Part shown: positions 13,193 to 23,800 of the stretch, one piece after another | Position numbering within the stretch: the first letter of the stretch is position 1 | How the letters are laid out: every line of letters starts with the position of its first letter | Origin: Macrostomum lignano | Lineage: Eukaryota | DNA length: 64,000 bases | NCBI GenBank assembly: GCA_002269645.1 | Contig: NIVC01001014.1 | Location: 284,565 to 348,564 of the forward strand | Direction of reading: 5' to 3' | The notes under the pieces: generated by a model | Told to the model about the DNA's origin: nothing | What the model saw: only the letters and a program-made list of their open reading frames with translations | The model's database searches: none | Made by a program: the position numbers and the translations under genes

Positions 13193-16100
13193 CTACAATT
13201 CCATGTCTTCAGCTGGTTCGGCGTCACTAAACTCCGACATCGAGCTCTCGTCGTCGTCGTTGTTGCTTACTTGAGCAGTACCGTCAGCGGCGGCAGCTCC
13301 GTGAGCACCATTTGTTGATGAAGCTCCGCCAGCAGCTGCTGCAGCTGACGATGCAGAGGCGCCGCTATCGCCGCCAGCCCGACTGTCCTCACCTGGCAGG
13401 CGCTGCAGCGATCGCAGAGCGGCTTCTGTAGCGTACAGTTGAACATATTCGCGCACTTTGGCTCGATAATCCTCTGGCCGATGCAGATAGAGCGAAGCGG
13501 CAGCTCCATTTAGCGGATCCATTGGGTTTGGATAAGCCAGGAGCTGGGGCAGAAACGACTCGAATATGTTTGTCAGGTCTGCATTGGTTGTGTTTTTTAG
13601 CTTACATGTAGGCTGAGAATTGGCCTTGGGTACGTGTTGGTTTTATTGCGCTTATAGCATACGTGTGTTTGCTCAGACACTGACACATTCACTTAAAGAT
13701 CTGTGGTTAGTCACTATTTTGAGTAAGAGTAGGAATGCCAATACAAGAGTTCCACCTAGAGTCCTAGACTACTAGATTCTCAAAGTAAGATTCTAAGAGT
13801 GAAACTCCCAGGGTAAGATTCTTAAGAGTAAGACTCCCCGAGTAAGATACTAAAAGTGAGACTCCCCGAGTAAGATACTAAAAGTGAGACTCCCGAGTAA
13901 GATACTAAAAGTGAGACTCCCCGAGTAATAAGATACTAAAAGTGAGACTCCCCGAGTAAGATACTAAAAGTGAGACTCCCCGAGTAAGATACTAAAAGTG
14001 AGACTCCCCGAGTAATAAGATACTAAAAGTGAGACTCCCAGAGTAAGATACTAAAAGTGAGACTCCCAGAGTAAGATACTAAAAGTGAGACTCTCAGAGT
14101 AAGATACTAAAAGTGAGACTCCCAGAGTAAGATACTAAAAGTGAGACTCCCAGAGTAAGATACTAAAAGTGAGACTCTCAGAGTAAGATACTAAAAGTGA
14201 GACTCCCCGAGTAAGATACTAAAAGTGAGACTCCCAGAGTAAGATACTAAAAGTGAGACTCCCAGAGTAAGATACTAAAAGTGAGACTCCCCGAGTAAGA
14301 TACTAAAAGTGAGACTCCCAGAGTAAGATACTAAAAGTGAGACTCCCCGAGTAAGATACTAAAAGTGAGACTCCCAGAGTAAGATACTAAAAGTGAGACT
14401 CTCAGAGTAAGATACTAAAAGTGAGACTCCCCGAGTAAGATACTAAAAGTGAGACTCCCAGAGCAAGATACTAAGAGGGAGACTCATAGTAAGATTCTAA
14501 GAGTGAGACTCTCAGAGCAAGATACTAAGAGGGAGACTCCTAGTAAGATTCTAAGAGGGAGACTCCCCTAGTAAGATTCTAAGAGTGAGACTCTCAGAGT
14601 AAGATACTAAGAGTGAGACTCCCAGAGTAAGATACTAAGAGTGAGACTCCCAGAGTAAGATTCTAAGAGTGAGACTCCCAGAGTAAGATACTAAGAGGGA
14701 GACTCCTAGTAAGATTCTAAGAGGGAGACTCCCCTAGTAAGATTCTAAGAGTGAGATTATAAGAACAAATTTTCCCAGGTATGAATCATATATAGACATG
14801 CAAAATGCGCCAAAATCAATGATACAGTGAACTGGTTAAATTACTTAAACATCAATAATTCTATCTCTTGGTAGGGGGTTCGATTCTCGACCCACTCCCA
14901 CTCTCTTGTGTCATTGAGCAAGGTACTTAACTCTGCATTGCTTCAGTTCACCCAGCTCATACATGCGCAACAGTCGGCCGAGTCGGCCGATTCGGCCGAC
15001 CGATTTGGCGGCCAACCAAGGAAGTCGCAAAAATACCCACCCAAAAATTTACCTAAGTAGTAGTACTAAGTAGCTGACGAGGCATTTTGGCTTAATAAGA
15101 CAGTTATAGTTACTCCTGCCGTTTACCCAAAGTTGCGTTTATTTTGCTTTAGAGTTTTTTGATGTGTAAGTCGCATTTTTGGCCAAAAACTACGTCGCAT
15201 TTTTGTTAAAACTAAGTCGCATGGCCGACCGAATTTTGGAGGTTGCGCATGTATGACCCAGCTGTAAAGTGGGTGCCAGCATTAGCTGGGGTAATTGAGG
15301 GTGAGTGTGGTGACCCTCCAGTCCTTGGACTGAACAGCCATATGCAGTTTTCAGATGCATTACACAATAGCTGCAGCTGAGCTGTTGGTTCCACATCTGC
15401 CCATCAGGACAGGCTTAACCAATTGTTTTTAATAATTGCTTTAATTTGGATTGTGACAAAAAGATAAATAGATTATGGTTTACCATATAGAGCAGACCAG
15501 GTTTGGTTAATAACATCTAGACAAACAGAACCAGATCTGGAATAATAAAAAAATACATATTATTTAAATTAGTTAAAAGAAAATATGATTTACAAAAACT
15601 TTCATAACACAATTATACTTACGCTTCATCAATGTTAGGATGAAATATTCTGTTCATAAAGCCTAAAAATAATGAATCAAAGATTGAGCATTGAATATTT
15701 AGTTGTTGACAATCAATAATAATTACAACAAATACTTACCAATTGATGGGGACTTGAATGGATATCGATCAGGTAAATCTACTTGAACTTTCCAGACTCC
15801 GCCCTCATAAGGTGCTACAAATTTTTTGCATTTGAAAGTGTTTTAAATAACTCTATTATTGAATAAAATACACTTGAAAAAGAAAACCACTTACAGTCAG
15901 CTGGTCCATGGAACTTGACCACAAACTCATTCAGGCCACCTAGTATTGTTACTTCATGCTTGCTTTCAACACTTTTGAATGCAATTAAAGCAAATTGAAT
16001 TTAAGGAAAATAAATGCAATGGCAAAAACAATGCTTCTACAAATAAGATAAGTATATAAACTATTTAGTCATAAAATAAAAATATAAAAACTCAATCATA

Positions 16101-17131
16101 ATCTTATCAGTCAATAATTAAGTATCAAAATGACAATTTTGAAATTATTGGAATATTTCAAAGAAATAAAAACAAGTCAGAAAGTTTATATGATGGATTT
16201 CTAAACTCATTTAATGATTATCCCTATATGAATAGATTAGTCATTTCAGTGACAAGATGTTTTGGTGACAGTCCTTTTGGTGACAAGCAAAAGTCATTTC
16301 GGTGACAAGAAAAATACAATTTTAGTTATAGCCATAGCCATTCTGTTTTTTAACAGAAAATTACTTAGAAAATCTTAAGGTATATTGAGCATAATTTTTT
16401 TAGGCTTAAAGTATTTCTGTATTTAATTTTGTTTATTTACAATTATAGAGTTGCAGTCTTTTGAATTATGTTTTCTAATTTAAACATGCAAAAGCGTCAA
16501 TGAGTGAATATCTCCACTCTTGTGGTCTGCATTTCATGAGGATTCTCTATAGGTTTATGGTTTTTGTGTCTGAATACTTATGAAATCTTTGATTTTCATT
16601 GAAAATGAAGTGTGTGTGTATCACAATAGCAACTTGTCACCGAAACAACTATTTGTCACTGAAACGTCTGTCACCAAAACATCTTGTCACCAAAACGACT
16701 GGTACCTATATGAATGTATGGATTAGAAAAAAACCTTATGATATTCTAAAACAATGTTAAAGAGAATTGAAATCTAGGTCAAGGACCAAATGGAAAATTG
16801 TAGGCCTATAAAATAATACTTATTACTATATTTTAACTATTTTAGTTAAAATTATGATTTTGGTAACAAAGGCTTTATGCCTGGTCCTATAAATCTTCTG
16901 AATTGATATATGAAATTGATAGTAATAATTTAAATAATAAAGAATATAATTATTATTGTGGTTTCTTAGTTTCTAATGTGTATAATTTTTAAAAGAGTAA
17001 TGTACCAGCAGATTGTATGAAGTCTGCAAAAAGAACAGTTATAATAAAGAAAATCGATACAACTTTTGCAAAGGATACAGTTTAATTACGTCAGTGTCCA
17101 TTCGTCTCTTCCCGGGGCTAGGTGATGACAT
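13193..17131 (-). CDS. UBE2H: Ubiquitin-conjugating enzyme E2 H; 6 coding exons (17131-17079, 15971-15895, 15814-15740, 15662-15623, 15536-15484, 13578-13193), 227 aa
   Basis: [64 protein letters not shown] (catalytic Cys), [18 protein letters not shown] and an acidic ...EDMEL C-terminus. GT-AG introns in phase; exons of 53/77/75/40/53 nt match the conserved UBE2H structure as recalled. Confidence 0.96.
13790..14760. repeat. 28-bp minisatellite (GAGTAAGATACTAAAAGTGAGACTCCCC/A) in the last UBE2H intron
   Basis: About 34 tandem units. Confidence 0.95.
14870..15330 (+). mobile_element. CORE-SINE-like remnant interrupted by a MITE
   Basis: B-box GGTTCGATTC (14877-14886), then TGTGTCATTGAGCAAGGTACTTAACTCTGCATTGCTTCAGTTCACCCAGCT|GTAAAGTGGG, which aligns by eye with the MIR/CORE domain once the MITE is removed. 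Boundaries approximate. Confidence 0.6.
14958..15255. mobile_element. hAT-type MITE, 298 bp
   Basis: Perfect 14-bp TIR CATACATGCGCAAC / GTTGCGCATGTATG; 8-bp TSD ACCCAGCT (14950-14957, 15256-15263); subterminal TCGGCCGA and AGTCGCA repeats. Confidence 0.9.
16234..16706. mobile_element. MITE with repetitive TIRs (MULE/Merlin-like) in UBE2H intron 1
   Basis: TTTGGTGACA repeats on the left are mirrored by TGTCACCAAAA repeats on the right; direct repeat TATATGAAT (16225-16233, 16707-16715); left terminus degenerate. Confidence 0.7.
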
Positions 17132-17865
17132 TTTTAAAACCTTGTCTCACTTACTCGACAGAAACTTACTAATTACAAGATAAAGATTATTGTCAGAAAC
17201 TATTTTGCGTACAACGCAAGCTAAAAAATCGCAGCAAGCACAGGCAGATTTGCTATTAGAATTCCCTCAGTTCATTTATAGTTTAAGACAAGAATACGAA
17301 ATATGAAATTTACTCGCAGAGCTTCAAGGTGCTTCTCCGGTAATTGAAACTCGAAACTGAAAAGTTAAATTGCAATCAGCTGATATATACTTCAATTTTT
17401 ATAGTAGTTTATAAAATAAGAAACGCATATTCTAAGTAACTTTTAAATTTAAAGCGCTGATAAGAGTTAAATACCTACGCAGTAACGAGATTTACTAGAA
17501 CCAGTGTTAAACTTTGTGCTGTTTTAAATCACCTATTTTCTATGAAAGATCTGTCTATTTTTTCTGTTTTCATAACCCTTATCCGCGTTCGAGGGTACGA
17601 GAAAACTGTGTATCAATTTGACAATCAAATGTCGGTTAGCCAGCAGAAAGCGTCACCATTAGCATTATTGATTCGAAAATTTGTTCGGGTTTAATACTTC
17701 GATATAGAAACATTTTTAGTTGACCAATTTCTCCATTTTATCGTCTTGGACTTTTCAGAGCATTATCGAATCACACAATTATGCCAACCTGTTGATTACA
17801 TTGAACACAGAATCAGAATTGAAAGCCTAACGATAGCAATTAGGCTCTCCAGAAACATTTGATTT
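17132..17865. promoter_or_regulatory. Head-to-head intergenic region between UBE2H and paxillin (candidate bidirectional promoter)
   Basis: Divergent start codons at 17131 (-) and 17866 (+) with 734 bp between; TSS positions unknown. Confidence 0.6.
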
Positions 17866-20800
17866 ATGGATGAATTAGGTATGTCATAATCATAATTTAT
17901 ATTGAATTGATGACAGTTTATATTATAATCAGTTGTATACTAGGCCTATGAGTAGGCCTATGAATTTATAGTCTTAATCATAATCTAAAATTCTAATTCT
18001 ATATCAATAATTCTGGATAAGTTCATGGTAGTTTTTACAATTAATCTATTAGTATTAGGCCAAAGTTGAATATTTGTAGATTGTTCTGATATTCTATTTT
18101 TAGGCCTAAAAAATAAATGATCTATACTTTTGTTTAATGGCTGGCTATATATATGGCTTAAAGTATAGATTATAAAGTCAAACTTGGTAAGTTGATTTAT
18201 TCCTCAATATTTGACTCATTACAATTATAGGATTCAGTGTCCATAGTTATATAAGTGTGTTTGAAATAGAAGCACCTTATCTACCATAGTGCGGAAGGAT
18301 TTCTGTATACGACAGAAGGTAAATTTTCATTTCGGCCTGTTGTATGACAGTACGACAGGGATTAGAAAATGGTACTAGTGTTGTACGACAGAGTTAGAGT
18401 TTAAGGAAGTGCTGTACAACAAAAATAGTGGCACTTACATATGTGGGTAGGTGCGGGAAATTCTTGATATTGCGTTTTTTTAATATGCAAAGTAAAACAA
18501 CAGATATATTGTACTTTTCTGCTTGCAATGTCAAGTATAGTTTTGCGCCAATAAAATTGAATTTAAGAGTTTGTACGAATATAATACTGATAATTTAAAT
18601 AACCCTTTGAGTGGAAAAGTGCAACTATTGAATTTTTACTTCTTTGCTTCAACGCAATATGTTAACAACGACGTTATGAGTTAGTTACGAGACTATGAGT
18701 ATCTGGTACTGGTGTCCGATTGTCCATCAAAGGAATACTAACTATGTCTATACTTCACGTATGAGTCGTATGACATTGACAAGTGTATGACAGACAGACA
18801 TGTAACATTTTTACATGTACAACAGTGTACGACATAGTGCCCCCCAAAAATTAGCGATGTACGACATGTATGACAGGCGATCCCTGTATACGATGGAGAT
18901 TTCTGGCATATACCCGTCTTTCTGCACTATGGCTTATCTATAACAAAATACAACTATAATTGCAATATAATTAGTAATCTTAATCTACAATTAATAATCT
19001 TCTAAAAGTCAATTGCGACTCTGGAGCATCTCTTGTTCTTTCATACTTTGAAAATTAGCGACTCTGGAGTGTCTCTTGTGACATTTTAACAACTATAAAT
19101 AATTTTATAGTAAAAAAAATACATACTATACATTAACAGAAAAATTGAATACTAACATAGCATTCATTTACATGCTCATATAATAAATGAATTGATGGCC
19201 TTGACTTTCTAAATAATCACCAGAATGGGTTTTGGCCTTTATGTATATGAATTGCACAAAAACTTATTTCAGCTCAAGAGTATAGGTCTACTTAGTCCAT
19301 AAAGGTTTTTAAGCTTTTTATAATATTGACTAGAACCATAGACATGACTATTACTAATTATTATTAAAGTTATGCCTAAGCCTAAGTCTTAGGTCTTAAG
19401 TCTAGGTTTAATTGAAAAAAAACTTTATTAAATAAACAAATTGTTTAAATATTCTACTCCAACAGAAACCCTCATTGAGGAGTTGCAAGAATCTGTCAAG
19501 AAGGCAGTGAGCAGTCCCCCAGCCAACTATGTTCGAGTTCATGAATTTGTAAGTAAAAAGTCACTAGTGTTATTAATCTATCATTTGTAGACTGTACCAA
19601 CTAAAGTAAATTAATTAATGCCCTTTATGACAATTACCACTCCCACAACCAGTGCTAAGGCAATTCTGACCATTCTGCTGACTCCTAAGTCAATACTGTA
19701 CGCAGGCACGCACTCATACACATGTACACACAAGGTCTACAGTGGCCCTGACTTTCTAATTGTCAAGCATTTACACTCTCTTGATGGTTGGCCCTCGTGC
19801 CAATAATGTTTTATATACACATCAAACCCTAAACAATGTGGCCAAATGTAATGGAATCTGACAATTTGCAGACCGCAGACTATGCTGAAGCTGCTCAACA
19901 TTCCGGCTCTGTGTTTCGCGACAACATGAACGAAATCGAAAGAATGCTCGACCAGCTGGAGGAGTCTGGTTAGTAGTATAACATTGGTAGTACTGTATGT
20001 CATGACTCCTCCTGGAGAAGGAGCGCATGTCATGAGTCTTTCCCTATTTTTACCTGTGCTTCCTGCAACGACTGACGCTTCTTAGCCTGGGTACCGTTTT
20101 CATCAGACGCTGTGCATATTTTCAACAGTCCTTATCAGTTATCAGTGCTCATTCATTCTGCTAGACAGTTGTCAATCAATCAAATGCTCCTACGCTAGGT
20201 TTTTTGACTCATTAAATAGTTAAGATAATAGATTGAAAAATAATTCATTTCTTCTGACATGTTATTTGTGTTGTTAATCTTTCAGACTATCAGGCCAACG
20301 ATAAGAGCGCACCTCAGCGCAGGTGAGAATATGCTGACGCACAATCTTTATGAGATAATTATAGATTATTATGGTAACAGTTCGTGCTATTAAAGAGTAT
20401 TATTCATATTTACAATTTATCGACTGAGTTTTTTATTAAAAAAACTCTTTGACAGCAAGCCAAGCTATGCTTCATCAGATTCACTGATGCTTATAGTTTT
20501 ACAATTCCCCTAAGCTTCACAGTCACCTAAGCTTCACAAATCCTTTTAGAAGCTTCACAACTCCCTAAGTTTCACAAATACCTAAGCTTCACAAATCCCT
20601 AAGCTTCACAAATCGCCTAAGCTTCACAATCCCCTAAGCTTCACAATCCCAAAAGCTTCACAATCCCATAAGCTTCACAATCCCATAAGCTTCGCAATCC
20701 CCTGAGCTTCACAATCCCCTAAGCTTCACAAATCCGTAAGCTTCACAATCCCCTAAGCTTCATAAATCGCCTAAGCTTCACAATCCCCTAAGCTTCACAA

Positions 20801-23800
20801 ATCCGTAAGCTTCACAATCCCCTAAGCTTCACAATCCCATAAGCTTCTCAATCCCCCAAGCTTCACAAATCCCTAAGCTTCACAACCCTAAGCTTCACAA
20901 TCCCCTAAGCTTCACAACCCTAAGCTTCACAATCCCCCAAGCTTCACAAATCGCCTAAGCTTCACAATCCCTTAAGCTTCACAATCCCCTAAGCGTCACA
21001 ATCCCCTAAGCTTCACAAATCCCAAAGCTTCACAATCCCCTAAGCTTCACAAATCCCCTAAACTTCTTAATCCCCTAAGCTTCAGAGTCCCCTCAGCAGG
21101 TCTCGATAATATACTCGTATTTCTTTAGACTTTACAAGCCTGTTTCCTGGAACAGCTACGAGTATTTCCTAGAAAAAATTAATTTTAATGACTTCGTATG
21201 TGGAAATCATTTTCAGTCCAGCCAGTCCTTCATTCACGCTGGAGAGTCTGATGAACGATCTGAAGGAGTTTCAGGTTAGATGCGCCGTAGTTTACTCTTA
21301 TTTATATTATTTGTTTACTTATAAATTACATAACGGATTTTAAGAACATTTCATAATCATAACCTACAAACTGTGTATGAACAGGAATTGTCATTTTACC
21401 TGAAGACTTTGGAGCTGGAAGTGCGTCTGAAATCTCAGCGTTGTCTTCTATCTATATATTTGTTTTAAACAAGTTTTCATCTTTGTTAAGTTAAAAAGTT
21501 CTGTTCTTAATCTTTAGCATGCAAATGTGTACTACTGTTAGTAGCCAAAGCCTTACAATGCCTAGTAAGTAGAACAGGGGTTGGCAAGCTCCGGACCGCA
21601 AAGCCTCTCTATCTGGGCCTCGGGTCCTTTGATACTCTACAATAGCAATCCGTCCGCGCAAGGTTTGTGTCTCTTCTCAGCTCTCTTCTCTTTGATCTCA
21701 TTTTCTCTCCTCTCCTATCCTCTACTCTCTTCTCCTCTCCTCTCTTCTCTCCTCTCCTTTTTTCCTCTTCTCCTCGTCTCTACTCTCCTCTCCTCTCCTC
21801 CTCTCCTCTCCTTTTCTCTCCTCTCCTCTCCTCTCCTCTCCTCTTCTCTCCTCTCCTCTCCTTTTCTCTCCTCTCCTTTTCTCTCCTCTCCTCTTCTCTC
21901 TCCTCTCCTCTCCTCGCCTCTCCTTGCCTCTCACTTCTCTTCCTCCTCTCCTCCCCTCTCGTCTCCTCTCTTCTTCTTTATCCCCTCGCCGTTCCTTTCT
22001 CATATCTCTCCATCTGCCTCTTGTTGTAAAAAAGTGTGCCGACCCCTGAAGCAGAGAAAAGTGGTGACACATGTTCAATGTTCAGTTCGCATGAAATTTC
22101 TGTTGATAAACGTTCTCTTTCACACTTAAATGGTTTAGAAATCTTTCCTTGTGCACTACTTGTCAAGTATATATAGCGGGATATGCAAATCTAATTATAA
22201 AATCAAAACTGTCACCGCAGTTGGAGCACGAGCTGGCTTTGAGTCGGCTGTCTGCTCATCAGAGAACTCTGGCATCCCAGTCTCAGCAGGGGGCACCGGC
22301 TTCATCCCAGTCTCCTCGACCGCCGTCCACTAGACAGGCGATTTCGCAATCAGCCACGAATCACAGTCCGGGTGGCGGAGTTGGGCAGACATCTGGCACA
22401 GTGTGCGCTGCTTGTGGCGAACAGATTCACGGACAGGTTGGTGACAGTGCAGATTGACGATATTTTGCGGTCTAGTATGAGTGAGAAAATGTGTTTATTT
22501 ATAGCCTATGAGTGTTTATGTGTACCTTATATAAGTGCACGGGTGTGTCTGTGTTTATTTGGAGCCCGTAGGTGTTTATAATATGTTTATTGAAATTTAT
22601 TAGTGTGTTTGTGTGTTTATTGAATTTTATGAGTGTGTTTATGTGTTTATATTAGCCAATGGGTGTGTTTGTCTGTTTATTGAAGTATATGAGTGTGTTT
22701 ATGTGTTTATATTAGCCAATGGGTGTGTTTGTCTGTTTATTGAAGTATATGAGTGTGTTTATGTGTTAATTGAAGTATATGAGTGTGCTTATGTGTTTAT
22801 ATTAGCTAATGGGTGTGTTTGTGTGTTTATTGAAGTATATAAGTGTGTTTATGTGTTTATATAAGCCCATGGGCGTGTTTATGTGTTTATATAAGCCCAC
22901 GGGTATTTTGTGTTTATTTAGAGCCCATGTGTGTTTATGTGTTTTTTTATAAACTATGACTCTGAGTGTTTTTTGTGTTTATATAAGCCCATGGATGTGT
23001 TTATGTGCTTATTTATAGCCTATGACTATGAGTGTGTTTATGTCGGCCCATGGGTGTATTTATGTGTTTATTAGAGCCTATAAGTATGTTTGTGTTTATT
23101 AAAGCCTACGAGTGTTTCTATTCGATCAAATAAATTTGTTTATGAATAAATAAATATATGAATGCATAGGCAAATAAATCAGTGCGTTTATATATACGAG
23201 CCTATGAAATATGATTGTTTATATTATAACGTCTATAGATGTGAATTCATAGTGTGCTTAGTTGTTTACATTCGCAACCGGCTGCTCCCAGATGGTGCAA
23301 GCGCTCGGTCGGGCCTGGCACCTGCATCATTTCGTGTGCGCCGGCGGCTGCGGCTCCCAGCTTAGCCAGCAGACATTCTATGAAGTCTCAAATTCTCCCT
23401 ACTGTGAGCCCTGCTATCAGTTGGAATTCTCGCCGAAATGCGCCCAATGCGACGGCGCCATCTTGGACAGGTGTCTGACTGCCCTAGGCCGGCGCTGGCA
23501 TCCCGAGCACTTCTTCTGCCAGATGTGCACCGCGCCGTTTAGCGAGACCTCCGGTTTTCACGAGAAAGACGGCCGGCCCTATTGCCTAGACTGCTACAGC
23601 GATCAGTTTGCGCCGAAATGCCGGGGCTGCTCTGCTCCCATTACTGCTAATTATGTCACCGCCATGGCCAGCATGTGGCATCCTGAGTGCTTTGTGTGTC
23701 AGGTGAGTCACTGTGTCTTGTTATTGTCTTTGTCACTGTGTCTTTGTCACTGTGTCTTTGCCACTGTGTCTTTGTCACTGTGTCTTTGTTACTGTGTCTT

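Noticed and set aside
15190-15396. Short minus-strand ORFs in the last UBE2H intron
   Set aside because: They overlap the SINE remnant and MITE; UBE2H exons already join in phase without them.
21578-21662. Extra paxillin exon
   Set aside because: The only open frame ends in phase 1, incompatible with the phase-0 flanking exons.
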